Assembly: GCA_964513075.1 (NCBI GenBank)
Contig: CAZELR010000008.1
Coordinates: forward strand, 23,876-87,875
From: an uncultured Anaerolineales bacterium
GTDB lineage: Bacteria > Chloroflexota > Anaerolineae > CG2-30-64-16
DNA: 64,000 nt
Reading direction: 5' to 3'
In this document: piece by piece, positions 30,535-40,756 of the stretch
Layout: every line of letters starts with the position of its first letter
Position numbering within the stretch: position 1 is the first letter of the stretch
Made by a program: the position numbers and the translations under genes
The notes under the pieces: generated by a model
Told to the model about the DNA's origin: nothing
Databases searched by the model: none
Seen by the model: only the letters and a program-made list of their open reading frames with translations

Positions 30535-31863
30535 TCATTCGTACTTGAGCGCGCGCAGTGGGTCGAGACTGGCGGCCCGCAGCGCAGGATAGACGCCGCT
30601 GATCAACCCTATCAACACCGCAAATACGATGGCAAAAAGTGGCAACCAGGCCGGCGTAAATGCGATATCCGAGCTGGCGCTTGGCCCAAAGATGCCGCCT
30701 CCGTTGCTCTGTTGCAGCAGGCTGCCGATCACAATGTTGGCGGCTCCGCTCAATCCCATTCCCAGCAGAACCCCCACCACCCCACCCAGCAGCCCGATAC
30801 ACCCCGCTTCACCCAGAAAGATGAACATGACATCCCGGTTGTGCGCGCCGAGCGCCTTCATCAGGCCAATCTCGCGCGTACGCTCCAAAATTGCCATGCT
30901 CAGGGTGTTCACGATGCCCAGAGCGGCCACCAGCAGCGCAATCGCGCCGATGCTCCCCAACACAGCCTGCAACACGCTAAAAAAGCGGTTGATCGATTGC
31001 ACCGTGTCCATGGCCGAAAAAGCCTCCAGGCCCAGATCACGAATCTGCTGCTGGAGGGCCTGCACGTCGCGACTGTCCGCCACCTGCACAAAAGCGCGCG
31101 GATAGCCTTCCTTGTTGCGATCGATCCGCTTGCCCGCGAACCATTCGTTGATCGCCTGGGCCTCGCGCAGCGGGATAAACACCTGATAGTCGGTTTCGCC
31201 GCCCTCTGCCAACACGCCGGAGACTTCGTAGCGCCAGGCGTGCGACGTTTGCTCGCCCTCACTGCCGAACTTGATTCCTTCCAGCGTCAATGTCTCGCCC
31301 AACAGCACATCGACCTTCGCAGATTCGCCCTTCTGAGGATTCCAAAAAGACTCGCTCAGCCGTGCACCGGCCAAAAGCTGGCCGCGCGCCAAACTCAGCG
31401 CTCCCTGATCCACGGTCAGGCCCATCTGCTCCAGCGCCTCGGGAGCAACGCCGACCAGTGACATCCCGCCGTACAACTTACGGTAGCGCATTTGGATTGC
31501 ACCCTGGATGTCTTCCAGGGGAATCACCGCACTGACGCCTGGAAGACCGCGTAACTCGTCCAGGACCGCGTTGGTGAGCGTGGTGGCTTTGCCTCTCTGG
31601 CTCTGTGTCGACACGGCCGCCGCCGGCCCGCTGGCCGAGACCGCCTTGACGAATTCCGAGTTGCCACCCATCACTGTAATCCGCTTCAGATCGGCAATGT
31701 TGCCCAGGCTGCCGGTGGCGCTGCGCTGCAAGCCGGCGCCCAAACTCACCAATACCATCACGGCCGCGGTGCCGATGACCACGCCAAACGCGGTCAGCGC
31801 CACCCGCCCCCGCATCCGGTTGAGGTTCGCCCAAACCATCCGCAGCCAATCACCGAAGAACAC
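30535..31863 (-). CDS. ABC transporter permease, FtsX/MacB-like
   Basis: An N-terminal TM, a large periplasmic domain, and a C-terminal FtsX 3-TM domain. Confidence 0.85.
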   Translation of the reverse strand: MFFGDWLRMVWANLNRMRGRVALTAFGVVIGTAAVMVLVSLGAGLQRSATGSLGNIADLKRITVMGGNSEFVKAVSASGPAAAVSTQSQRGKATTLTNAVLDELRGLPGVSAVIPLEDIQGAIQMRYRKLYGGMSLVGVAPEALEQMGLTVDQGALSLARGQLLAGARLSESFWNPQKGESAKVDVLLGETLTLEGIKFGSEGEQTSHAWRYEVSGVLAEGGETDYQVFIPLREAQAINEWFAGKRIDRNKEGYPRAFVQVADSRDVQALQQQIRDLGLEAFSAMDTVQSINRFFSVLQAVLGSIGAIALLVAALGIVNTLSMAILERTREIGLMKALGAHNRDVMFIFLGEAGCIGLLGGVVGVLLGMGLSGAANIVIGSLLQQSNGGGIFGPSASSDIAFTPAWLPLFAIVFAVLIGLISGVYPALRAASLDPLRALKYE

Positions 31864-31881
31864 TCGCCGCCCCCTCTCCGT

Positions 31882-33549
31882 TCAGCCGCTGCCCAAGCCA
31901 AGCAGCCCCAATAGCAGCCGCAGCAGCCACGGCCGCGGCGCCGGCTGGGGCTCCTGCCGCTCGCTGCTGCCGCCCGGTTCGACCGGGCCCAATGGCGGCG
32001 CGTCAAGCACCTGCACCACCTTCACCCCCTCGAAAACTTGGGGTTGGTTAAAATCATCGATGTAATAAACACGGATGCGAATCTGCTGCTCGCCGGGACT
32101 GCTCGCCAGGGCCGTCGCGTCGAACGTGACGGATGAACCGGCGTCCAGCGGGCCCACATAGGAACGCGGCGTCTCGACCTGCACCCCGTCGCCCAGCACT
32201 TCGATATCGCTGCTGGCTACCCGAGTGCGGCCGACATTCATCACCTCGATAGGCAAATCGATCACCTCGCCCGCATTGACCGGCATCAGCGGACGGTAGA
32301 AATTAAAGAGCAACTGTGGACGCGCCTTGACTACCAGCGCCACCTGCTCCTTGCGCGTCAATGGCTTGTCGTCAGTCCCGCTATACTCAAGACCGATGGC
32401 CAGAACGTAGACGCCCGCGGCCGCCGCGCCATCCACGATAAACTGCGACACCACATCAGCGGCCGCGCCCGCTTCCACCGCGGGCAGATAGCGCACGTTG
32501 CCGCTCCCTAGTGGCGCGATGGCGGAGCTCCGACTCAGGTCGGCCTGCTCGCCCAACGTCAACGTCACGCGGCGCGCCGCCACCGGACCCACATTGATCA
32601 CTGACAGCGTCAATGTAAACGGCTGGCCGGGGCTCAAAGGCTCCGGCGCAACGTGGTAGGCCTGCACAACCACCAACGGTCCCAGCGTCCCAGCGTCGGC
32701 CGCGCCGACCCCCACCTCGATGCTGACGTTCTGCGCCGACGTAGTATGCTCGCCGCTGGCCGAATCGTAGTCCAGCGTGATCGGGTGGATGTTCCGACCG
32801 GCCTTGGCCGTCTGGTCCACTACCAACGGCACAGCCACCTGGATGCTCTGCTGCCAGCCGATCGCGCCGATGCCGATGACGTTACCTGTGCCGGCCGCGG
32901 CAAAGACGCTGGGCGCGCCGTTTGTCAGCAACACGTTGCGCGCCCCGCCGGTGCCTGTGTTGTGCAACGTCACGCTGAGAGTGAACGGCTTGCCCGGGGC
33001 GGGCGCGGGCGGCTCAGTGGCAAACGACTCAATGACCAGCAACGGCCGGCCAGCCGCGGCGGGCTTGGGGGTGGGCGTGGCTGCCTGCACCTTGACGCCC
33101 ACAGTCTCGGTACTGGTGCTGCTGCGGCCGTTTTCATCGTCGTAGTTCAGTTGGACGGTGATGGGATACACGCCACCAGCGACGCCTGACGCCACGCGAA
33201 ATTCCTGCCAGACCGTAGCGTGCTCGTTGGGCTGCATGCTGCTCACCGTCTTGACGCTGCTCGTCAGCTCCGGGACGAAATTCGCCCCGCTGAGACTGAC
33301 CACGATCTTGATCGCCGCAGCGTCCCCGATGTTGTGCAGCTCAAGATACAGGCGAAACAGCCCACCGGCCGCCACCTGGTCCGGCTCGACCCAGCTGCTG
33401 CGCACAAAAATCAGCGGGCGCTGCGGTTGCAGTTGAACCGCTGTCGGCGTTTCCGACTGGGCCAGCGCCGACCCCGGAAGTCCCGTCACCAGAAGCAGAC
33501 CGATGATGAGAATGACCTTCATTCTTAACATAGAGCGTCTCCGCGTCAC
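31882..33549 (-). CDS. Secreted repeat protein (CARDB/DUF11-like Ig-fold domains)
   Basis: A signal peptide and repeated roughly 100-aa beta domains (PFTLSVTLHNTGTGGARNV). It is co-operonic with the ABC genes. Confidence 0.5.
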   Translation of the reverse strand: MTRRRSMLRMKVILIIGLLLVTGLPGSALAQSETPTAVQLQPQRPLIFVRSSWVEPDQVAAGGLFRLYLELHNIGDAAAIKIVVSLSGANFVPELTSSVKTVSSMQPNEHATVWQEFRVASGVAGGVYPITVQLNYDDENGRSSTSTETVGVKVQAATPTPKPAAAGRPLLVIESFATEPPAPAPGKPFTLSVTLHNTGTGGARNVLLTNGAPSVFAAAGTGNVIGIGAIGWQQSIQVAVPLVVDQTAKAGRNIHPITLDYDSASGEHTTSAQNVSIEVGVGAADAGTLGPLVVVQAYHVAPEPLSPGQPFTLTLSVINVGPVAARRVTLTLGEQADLSRSSAIAPLGSGNVRYLPAVEAGAAADVVSQFIVDGAAAAGVYVLAIGLEYSGTDDKPLTRKEQVALVVKARPQLLFNFYRPLMPVNAGEVIDLPIEVMNVGRTRVASSDIEVLGDGVQVETPRSYVGPLDAGSSVTFDATALASSPGEQQIRIRVYYIDDFNQPQVFEGVKVVQVLDAPPLGPVEPGGSSERQEPQPAPRPWLLRLLLGLLGLGSG

Positions 33550-34229
33550 TGCTCCAACACCCGGCCATCGCGCATGTGGAGCACATCCCGCGCGTGGCCA
33601 GCGATTCCTGCATCGTGCGTCACCATCAGCACGGTCAGGTGGCCTTCTCGGTGCGCCTGTGAAATCAGCGCCATGATCTCGCCGCCGGTCTGCGTATCCA
33701 GATTACCGGTCGGCTCGTCGGCCAACAGCAGCCGAGGCGAGTTGGCCAGCGCCCGCGCAACTGCTACTCGCTGCTGCTCGCCGCCCGATAATTCAGTAGG
33801 TCGGTGGCTCACCCGGTCTGCCAAGCCCACGGCTCCCAGCAGATAGCGGGCCCGACGCCGTCGCTCGCCGGCCGGCACCCGCGCAAACACCATGGGAAAC
33901 TCGACGTTTTGCTGCGCCGTCATGGTGCTCACCAGATTAAAGGACTGGAAAATAAAGCCACACACCTGCTGCCGGAAGTTCGCCAGCCTGTTTTCGTCCA
34001 TGCGCGTCAGATCCTGGCCGGCCACGCGCAGCTCCCCCGCGCTGGGGCGATCCAGCCCTCCTACCAAGTTCAGCAGAGTAGATTTGCCGGACCCAGATGG
34101 TCCCATGATCGCCAGGAAGGCGCCCTCAGGGATAGCGACCGTGACGCCGGCCAACGCGCGCACGAGGACCCGACCCATCGGATAGATGCGCTGCAGATCA
34201 GAGGACGTCACCATCGGCTCAGGCGCCAC
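33546..34229 (-). CDS. ABC transporter ATP-binding protein (MacB/LolD-like)
   Basis: Walker A GPSGSGKST, signature LSGGEQQR, Walker B LLLADEPT. Confidence 0.9.
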   Translation of the reverse strand: MAPEPMVTSSDLQRIYPMGRVLVRALAGVTVAIPEGAFLAIMGPSGSGKSTLLNLVGGLDRPSAGELRVAGQDLTRMDENRLANFRQQVCGFIFQSFNLVSTMTAQQNVEFPMVFARVPAGERRRRARYLLGAVGLADRVSHRPTELSGGEQQRVAVARALANSPRLLLADEPTGNLDTQTGGEIMALISQAHREGHLTVLMVTHDAGIAGHARDVLHMRDGRVLEQ

Positions 34230-35073
34230 CGAATAATCCCTGTGTCACCAACTGGCTCAGGCTCACAGCCAACGACAGCACAACGTAGATGATCACTACG
34301 CGTGCCGTCTTGCCGCGGCCAAGCTGGGCCGCGGCAAGCACCGCCAGCCCCAACAGCACAACATACCACAGCGTGAACAGATCAATGCGCCCTAACACTA
34401 GGGCGGGGATTGTAAGCGGGGCTGTCCCCGCGGCCGCAACCGGCGTGGCCGCGACCTTGACGACCGCGGACGCCGCCCCTGTTGCTGCCCCGGGCAGCGC
34501 AGACGGCGCCGCGGTCAACAGCCCAGAGAGGCCCGCGCCCTGGATCACCGACCCCGTCGCGGCCAGGTAGATCGTCTGCACGAGATCACGCAGCAGCAGT
34601 GGGAAGGACGCCCAAGCCGCCGTCCGATAGATGCTGCCATAGCTCTGCCGGCCACCCATCGCCAGGCTGCTGACATGCAAAACCGCGGCGCGCACCAGCC
34701 ACCCCAGCAGAATGCCGGCCACGGCCGACGCCATCGGCACCCACAGCACCAGAACCTGGCTCGGTTCGGGGACCGCCGTCATCTCTTCCGGCAAGGTGTC
34801 CCGGTATTCCTCGGGCACCGACTCAATCTGAGCCGCGATCATTGCCTCGTTTTGCACCCGTTGCCTGGCGGTCGCGCCGGGCGCGGCGGCCAGGCTGTGG
34901 CCGACCGACAGGGCCAGCGCCAAGATGACCGGGATCAGCCAGAGCCAGGCCGGGCCGATGGCAATTGCGGCCAGGGCGCGGCGCGGCTGCACCCAAATCT
35001 GGGCCAGCAGGCTCAATACGTTGGGGCCACGCTCAGGCGGCGGCGCGGCCTGGATGGCAGCAGGGTCAAACAT
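34219..35073 (-). CDS. Yip1-like multi-pass membrane protein
   Basis: Five or six predicted TM helices. It overlaps the ABC ATPase gene. Confidence 0.45.
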   Translation of the reverse strand: MFDPAAIQAAPPPERGPNVLSLLAQIWVQPRRALAAIAIGPAWLWLIPVILALALSVGHSLAAAPGATARQRVQNEAMIAAQIESVPEEYRDTLPEEMTAVPEPSQVLVLWVPMASAVAGILLGWLVRAAVLHVSSLAMGGRQSYGSIYRTAAWASFPLLLRDLVQTIYLAATGSVIQGAGLSGLLTAAPSALPGAATGAASAVVKVAATPVAAAGTAPLTIPALVLGRIDLFTLWYVVLLGLAVLAAAQLGRGKTARVVIIYVVLSLAVSLSQLVTQGLFGGA

Positions 35074-35176
35074 CTCGCCTCCATTGAGGGTCAGACAGAT
35101 TCGGCGCAGTATAACACAAAATATCTGACTTACCCTCTTTTGACAACCGCGGCCGCTGATGCTAATCTTGACTTCT

Positions 35177-36361
35177 ATGTTTGATTTTCAGATCACCGGC
35201 CGCGACCCGCAGACCGCGGCGCGCACCGGCAACTTCATGACACCGCACGGCAACCTGGCAACGCCTGTATTCGCCCCTGTGGGCACCCAGGCGACGGTGA
35301 AGACACTGACCCCGCGCGATCTGCACCAAGCGGGCGCCACCCTGGTACTGGCCAACACGTACCACCTTTACCTGCGTCCGGGCACCCGCCTGGTGGCGGA
35401 TTTCGGCGGGCTGCACAGCTTCATGGGCTGGACAGGCCCGATGCTGACGGACTCGGGCGGATTTCAAGTCTTCAGCCTGGCCCAAATGCGGAAAGTCGAT
35501 CCAGACGGTGTGACATTTCGCTCGCACATCGACGGCAGTCAACACCGCTTCACCCCAGAAAGCACGATTGCAGCGCAAGAAGAGCTCGGCGCAGATATCA
35601 TCATGTGTTTGGATGAATGTCCGGAGCCGCTAGATCGCCGCTACAACGAGGAAGCATTGGTCCGCACGCACGCCTGGGCCGAGCGCTGCCGGACGGCCCA
35701 GCGCCGGCCCGATCAAGCCCTCTTCGGCATTGTTCAGGGCGGCATCTTCCCCGATCTGCGGGCGGAAAGCGCACGCACCCTGGTCGGCCTGGACTTTCCG
35801 GGCTACGCGGTTGGTGGGCTGAGTGTAGGAGAAACTAAGGAACAGATGTACGCCACCCTGGACCTGGTTATCCCCGAGTTGCCGAGCCACAAACCCCGCT
35901 ACCTGATGGGCGTGGGTGCGCCGGAAGACGTGGTGGAAGGCGTGGCGCGTGGGATAGACATCTTCGACTGCGTGCTGCCGACGCGCGTCGCTCGCAACGG
36001 CGGCCTGCTGACGCGTCAGGGCCGCATCAACTTGCGCAACGCCCGCTACGCCGCCGACCCGCTGCCGGTCGAACCGGGATGCGACTGCTACGCCTGCCAA
36101 CACTTCAGCCGCGCCTATCTCCGTCATCTATTCAAAGCGGAGGAGACGCTTGGCCTGCACCTGGCAACCATGCACAATGTCCGCTTCATGATCCGACTGA
36201 TGGAGGAGATCCGCCACCACGTTACAGCAGGCACGTTTGCCGCATTCCGCGCCGCGTTCCTCGCCGATTACCAATTACCAGATCAAGCCGTGCGCCACGC
36301 GCAAAAAGAAAAACGCAGGCAGCGGCTGGCGAAGGTTGAAGGTCATAAGGTTGAAGGTTGA
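35177..36361 (+). CDS. tgt: Queuine tRNA-ribosyltransferase
   Basis: LVLANTYHLYLRPG, DSGGFQVFSL, and the Zn motif C-x-C-x2-C...H. The C-terminal KVEGHKVEG is encoded by GGTTGAAGG repeats. Confidence 0.9.
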   Translation: MFDFQITGRDPQTAARTGNFMTPHGNLATPVFAPVGTQATVKTLTPRDLHQAGATLVLANTYHLYLRPGTRLVADFGGLHSFMGWTGPMLTDSGGFQVFSLAQMRKVDPDGVTFRSHIDGSQHRFTPESTIAAQEELGADIIMCLDECPEPLDRRYNEEALVRTHAWAERCRTAQRRPDQALFGIVQGGIFPDLRAESARTLVGLDFPGYAVGGLSVGETKEQMYATLDLVIPELPSHKPRYLMGVGAPEDVVEGVARGIDIFDCVLPTRVARNGGLLTRQGRINLRNARYAADPLPVEPGCDCYACQHFSRAYLRHLFKAEETLGLHLATMHNVRFMIRLMEEIRHHVTAGTFAAFRAAFLADYQLPDQAVRHAQKEKRRQRLAKVEGHKVEG

Positions 36362-36415
36362 AGGTCTAGGATTGAAGGTCGCACCTTGCACCTTGAACCT
36401 TGCACCTTGAACCCG
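36336..36415. repeat. Tandem GGTTGAAGGT / ACCTTGAACC decamer repeats
   Basis: Read directly. They overlap the tgt 3' end and the tgt-uppP spacer. Confidence 0.8.
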
Positions 36416-36426
36416 AAAGGATAACG

Positions 36427-37290
36427 ATGGACATCATCCGCGCAATCATCCTGGGCATCATCCAGGGCCTGACCGAGTTCATTCCGATATCGAGCTCGGC
36501 CCACCTGATCGTCGTCCCGTGGCTCTTCGGGTGGAACGATAAGAACATCGGCAGCCTCGCATTTGATGTGGCGCTGCATCTGGGCACGCTGACCGCTGTG
36601 CTGTGGTTCTTCTTCGCGGACTGGGTCAGGCTGATCCGCGCAGGCATCGCCAGCATCCGAGAACGCAAGATCGGCGCGGATCCCGATCGTAGGTTGGCGT
36701 GGCTGCTCATCATCGGCTGCATCCCCGGGGGGATCATCGGCGCACTGGCCGAGAGCAGGGTCGAGGCGCTGTTCCATCAGCCGAACCAGCCGCACCAACC
36801 GGCTGCCATGTTTGCCATGGCCGGCGTAATCGCCCTGGCCGGCGCGGCCATGCTGCTGGCAGACCGGTTGGCACGACATCTGCGCGGCCTGACCAGTATC
36901 GGCCTCCGAGACGCGCTGATCATTGGATGCTGTCAGGCGTTGGCTATCTTTCCTGGCGTTTCCCGCTCGGGCGCCACGATGACGGCCGGGCTCGCCCTGG
37001 GGCTGGAACGCCCGGCGGCCGCGAAGTTTTCCTTCCTGCTTTCCGCGCCGATCATCGCCGGCGCGGGTCTGAAGAGCCTCTGGGATGTACTGGAGGCCTT
37101 GCGCGGCGGCGAATTAGCCACTTCCAGCGTGGCGGTCTTCGTGATCGGCGTGGTCGCCGCGGCCGTCAGCGGCTATTTCTGCATCAGGTTCCTGCTCCAG
37201 TATCTGCACCGGCACTCCATCGCCCTCTTCACCTATTACCGCTGGGGGCTGGCCGCGCTGATTGTCATTGTCACGTTGCTGAGGCTATAA
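36427..37290 (+). CDS. uppP: Undecaprenyl-diphosphate phosphatase
   Basis: GLTEFIPISSSAHL and the PGVSRSGATM motifs of BacA/UppP. Confidence 0.9.
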   Translation: MDIIRAIILGIIQGLTEFIPISSSAHLIVVPWLFGWNDKNIGSLAFDVALHLGTLTAVLWFFFADWVRLIRAGIASIRERKIGADPDRRLAWLLIIGCIPGGIIGALAESRVEALFHQPNQPHQPAAMFAMAGVIALAGAAMLLADRLARHLRGLTSIGLRDALIIGCCQALAIFPGVSRSGATMTAGLALGLERPAAAKFSFLLSAPIIAGAGLKSLWDVLEALRGGELATSSVAVFVIGVVAAAVSGYFCIRFLLQYLHRHSIALFTYYRWGLAALIVIVTLLRL

Positions 37291-37291
37291 G

Positions 37292-38230
37292 ATGACCGTT
37301 AAGGCGAGGCATTCTCTGGCAGATGAGGGCCTGCCACGGCCTCACCTCCCGGGAAACCCCCTTGGTTGCGGCGGATCGTGGGCAGAATGCCTCGCCCCCA
37401 CGCTGGTAACGATTGTGACCTTGATGCTGGCCACGACGTTGTCGGCGTGCTCCGCCGGCTGGACCGGTACGCCGGCGCCTGTTGTACTGCGCATCGCGGG
37501 ATCTACCAGCCTCCAGCCCGTGCTGAAGGAATTGGCAACCGCCTACCAGTCCGCACATCCCAACGTACTGATAGATGTCCGTGGCGGTGGCACGGCCATC
37601 GGCATACAACAACTGCGCGACGGACAGATCGATCTCGCAGCCGTTTCCTGGCGGTCTGAGGACGAGAAGCTTCCGGACAATATACAAGCCATCCCTGTCG
37701 CCCGCGACGGCATCGCCGTCATCGTACACCCCACCAATGCCATCACGAACCTGACCTCCCTGCAACTGCACGCGATCTACCGCGGCGAGATCCTCGATTG
37801 GGCCGCGCTCGGCCACACCAGCAGCATGCCCACTGTGATCAGCCGAGAAGAAGGATCCGGCACGCGCGCGGCGTTCGAGACACTGGTGATGGGAGACGAA
37901 CGGGTTACCCTTAACGCACTGGTGCTGCCGACCGGCGAAGCGATCATAGATTATGTCGCCTCGCATCGAGATGCCATCGGCTATACATCCAGTGTTGCGC
38001 TGGCCGGCGAAGGCGCAGCAGCACCCGATAGCGCGCGGGTACGCGTTGTGCCGGTGGAGGAGGTCGCGCCCACCCCAGCAACGCTGAGGGCTGGTGCCTA
38101 TCGCCTGGGCCGCGTGTTGCACCTGTACGTAGCAACTCCAACCGAGGCTGAAGCGCGGGCCTTCCTGGATTTCGTCCTCAGCCCGGCCGGGCAGGCCATC
38201 GTTGCCAGGCAGTTAACGCCGATACGCTAG
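37292..38230 (+). CDS. PstS-family (phosphate-binding) periplasmic substrate-binding lipoprotein
   Basis: A signal peptide with a Cys, then GSTSLQP...GGGTAIGIQQL...AIPVARDGIAVIVHP, the PBP/PstS pattern. No adjacent pstCAB genes. Confidence 0.65.
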   Translation: MTVKARHSLADEGLPRPHLPGNPLGCGGSWAECLAPTLVTIVTLMLATTLSACSAGWTGTPAPVVLRIAGSTSLQPVLKELATAYQSAHPNVLIDVRGGGTAIGIQQLRDGQIDLAAVSWRSEDEKLPDNIQAIPVARDGIAVIVHPTNAITNLTSLQLHAIYRGEILDWAALGHTSSMPTVISREEGSGTRAAFETLVMGDERVTLNALVLPTGEAIIDYVASHRDAIGYTSSVALAGEGAAAPDSARVRVVPVEEVAPTPATLRAGAYRLGRVLHLYVATPTEAEARAFLDFVLSPAGQAIVARQLTPIR

Positions 38231-38346
38231 GGGCATGCACTCCTGACGGTTCTGCGCGGCCAGGGTTATCGCCTCGAGTGCGACAAAGCGAGTTGCTATA
38301 GTAGTTGGACGGAGTGCCTCGTCTCTACAATCGTGATCTTCTCAAC

Positions 38347-38375
38347 TTGCAACTTCCCGCCCCCTGTGGTAAACT
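38347..38375 (+). promoter_or_regulatory. Promoter candidate: TTGCAA, 17-bp spacer, TAAACT
   Basis: Read directly, upstream of the nusA leader. Confidence 0.4.
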
Positions 38376-38407
38376 GTTTTTATCGTAAACCTCAGGCCTT
38401 GATCTTT

Positions 38408-38439
38408 GAAAGTGGGGACCCCCCCACTTTCTTTATTGT
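38408..38439 (+). terminator. Intrinsic terminator/attenuator hairpin in the nusA leader (GAAAGTGGGG accc CCCCACTTTC TTTATT)
   Basis: A 10-bp GC-rich stem plus a T-run. It is about 35 nt downstream of the candidate promoter and 65 nt upstream of the nusA ATG. Confidence 0.55.
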
Positions 38440-38503
38440 ACAAGCCTGAGCGGATCAACATGGCAAGCAGATGCCGCAAGAATCTGAGGAGTAGGGGTAC
38501 GGG

Positions 38504-40153
38504 ATGAAGAGCGACCTGATCATGGCTGTCAACCAGATCTGCGTGGAAAAAGATCTGCCGCGCGATGTCATCATGGGAGCCATCGAGGAAGCCCTGGTGC
38601 ATGCCTATCGGCGGAACTATGCCAGTAACACAGCAGAGGCCAAGGTGGAGATCGACGCGACCAGCGGCGATCTACGCATCTTCTGCCAAAGAACAGTGGT
38701 AGAGTCTGTGCAAGACCCCATCACCGAAGTCAGCCTGGCCGATGCACGCAAACTTGACCGCACAGCCGAAATCGGAAGTACTGTGCTTGAAGAACGCGAT
38801 CCCGCGGGCTTCGGCCGTATTGCCGCGCAAACAGCCAAACAGGTCATCTTGCAGCGTATCCATGAAGCCGAGCGAGATGCCTTGTACGATCACTTCCACG
38901 AGCGCGAAGGCGAGCTGATTACCGGCGCCGTACAGAACATCGAGTACCGCTCCAATCAGGTCACCATCACGCTGGGCAAGAAGGCCGAGGGCATTTTAGC
39001 TGCCGAAGATCAGCTGCCCAATGATCGTTACCGTGTTGGCCAGAACGTGCGCTGCTTGCTCGCCGAAGTGTCCAAGGGCGCGCGCGGCCCGCAGATTCGC
39101 CTATCGCGCACCCATCGCAACATGCTGCGCCGCCTGCTGGAACGCGAGATCCCGGAGATTTACAACGGCACGGTGGAGATCAAAAGCATTGCCCGCGAGC
39201 CGGGCCAGCGATCCAAAGTTGCCGTGGGAGCCAGCCAGCCCGGCATCGATCCGGTAGGTTCGTGCGTAGGCCTGCGCGGCACGCGCATCCAGAATATCGT
39301 CGATGAATTGATGGGCGAAAAGATCGACATTGTGGAATGGTCGAGCGATGTCCGCCAGTTCATCAGCAACGCCCTGAGTCCTGCACGCCCCACCGACACC
39401 ATCCTGATGGAAGAAGGCGATGTTCGCACCGCAGTCGTGATCGTACCCGATCGCCAACTTTCGCTGGCCATCGGTAAAGAGGGCCAGAACGCGCGCCTGG
39501 CTGCCAAGCTGACCGGGTGGCGCATTGACATCAAGAGTGAAACCGAGTCCAGCACGGAGGGCATCGCCGAGATTAAGCGCCAACAGTTGCAGGCGATGAA
39601 GCAGCGCACGCTTGAAGCTAAGGTGGCCGCGCTGCCGCCGAGCGACGACCTGCTCAGTCGTGCCGAGTGGCTGCTGCAGGAGAAGGATAGGACCTCCATG
39701 ACACTGGACGAGGCGGCGCGCAAGCTGGTCGAAGTCGAAGCCGAAAAGCAAAAGGCGCCAGGCCCGCTCGTGGCCGAAGAGCTGGTTGCGCCGGAGATCA
39801 CGCCCAGCAGCGAGGCCGTTGCCGCGGAGCTCCCCGTCGAATCCGCCGCGGCCGCAGAAGTTGTCGCCGAGACAGCCGCGCCCGAAGCGCCGGCTGCTGA
39901 GGTGCAACCCGAGGCCGAAGTTCAGCCGGCGATCTTTGCAGGGGCGGAAGCCGCGGAGTATCCGGAGTACGCCGGCGAGGTCGAGACCACCGACCAGGAC
40001 GAAGGTGTGGATGGCAAGAAACCGGAGAAACGCGGCAGCAAAAAGGACAGCAAGAAGCGCGAGCTGGTCTTCGACGAGACTCTGGGCCAAGTTGTTGCCC
40101 GGCGCAAGCGCAAGCCCAGCCGCGAGGGCTGGGAAGATCAAGACGAGTATTAG
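38504..40153 (+). CDS. nusA: Transcription termination/antitermination factor NusA with an acidic/Ala-rich C-terminal extension
   Basis: N-terminal domain, S1, KH1 and KH2 are recognisable (ERDPAGFGRIAAQTAKQVI...; GxxG motifs). Confidence 0.9.
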   Translation: MKSDLIMAVNQICVEKDLPRDVIMGAIEEALVHAYRRNYASNTAEAKVEIDATSGDLRIFCQRTVVESVQDPITEVSLADARKLDRTAEIGSTVLEERDPAGFGRIAAQTAKQVILQRIHEAERDALYDHFHEREGELITGAVQNIEYRSNQVTITLGKKAEGILAAEDQLPNDRYRVGQNVRCLLAEVSKGARGPQIRLSRTHRNMLRRLLEREIPEIYNGTVEIKSIAREPGQRSKVAVGASQPGIDPVGSCVGLRGTRIQNIVDELMGEKIDIVEWSSDVRQFISNALSPARPTDTILMEEGDVRTAVVIVPDRQLSLAIGKEGQNARLAAKLTGWRIDIKSETESSTEGIAEIKRQQLQAMKQRTLEAKVAALPPSDDLLSRAEWLLQEKDRTSMTLDEAARKLVEVEAEKQKAPGPLVAEELVAPEITPSSEAVAAELPVESAAAAEVVAETAAPEAPAAEVQPEAEVQPAIFAGAEAAEYPEYAGEVETTDQDEGVDGKKPEKRGSKKDSKKRELVFDETLGQVVARRKRKPSREGWEDQDEY

Positions 40154-40168
40154 TGGATCCGGCGGACC

Positions 40169-40516
40169 ATGCCTAAACCTAAGGGACCACGCCCCAAACA
40201 TGTGCCGCTGCGCACCTGTATCGTCTGCCGCCAGGAACGCGGCAAGCGCGAACTGGTGCGGATCGTTCGCACGCCAAGCGCCGGGGTCCAGGTAGATCCG
40301 ACGGGCAAGCTTGCGGGGCGCGGGGCGTATCTGTGCCGGACGCGCGCGTGTTGGGAAGCAGCCCTGCAAGGCCAGCGCCTGGCCGGGGCATTGAAAGCCA
40401 CTCTGGACGCCGAAGAGCTCGTAGTCCTTCGCGCGTTTGCGGCCTCGCTGCCAGAAGCAGCGGCGGCGCAGCCTTTGGCGGCGGCGCAGCCAAAGGCTGC
40501 GTTGGCTGAATCGTAA
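40169..40516 (+). CDS. ylxR: YlxR-family (DUF448) RNA-binding protein
   Basis: PLRTCIVCRQERGKRELVRIVR...GRGAYLC signature. Confidence 0.8.
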   Translation: MPKPKGPRPKHVPLRTCIVCRQERGKRELVRIVRTPSAGVQVDPTGKLAGRGAYLCRTRACWEAALQGQRLAGALKATLDAEELVVLRAFAASLPEAAAAQPLAAAQPKAALAES

Positions 40517-40756
40517 CGGCAATCGACGACAGGAGATATCGCATGCTGGCGGCCCGACGTTGGCCGATGGGTGGTGGGTGAGGTAAGAGTATGTAGACAA
40601 GGCCGCAGCTCTTTCTCCCGTATTTCTCCGCCTCCCTCGCCGCCCTGGCATCTGATACATGATAACGCACCATATTGAACGATGGGGCAGCTCTGCGTGG
40701 GCCAGTATCATCCACGCGTCGGCCGCAGGCGCCCTTGGCGAGGAGGCATTAGACTC

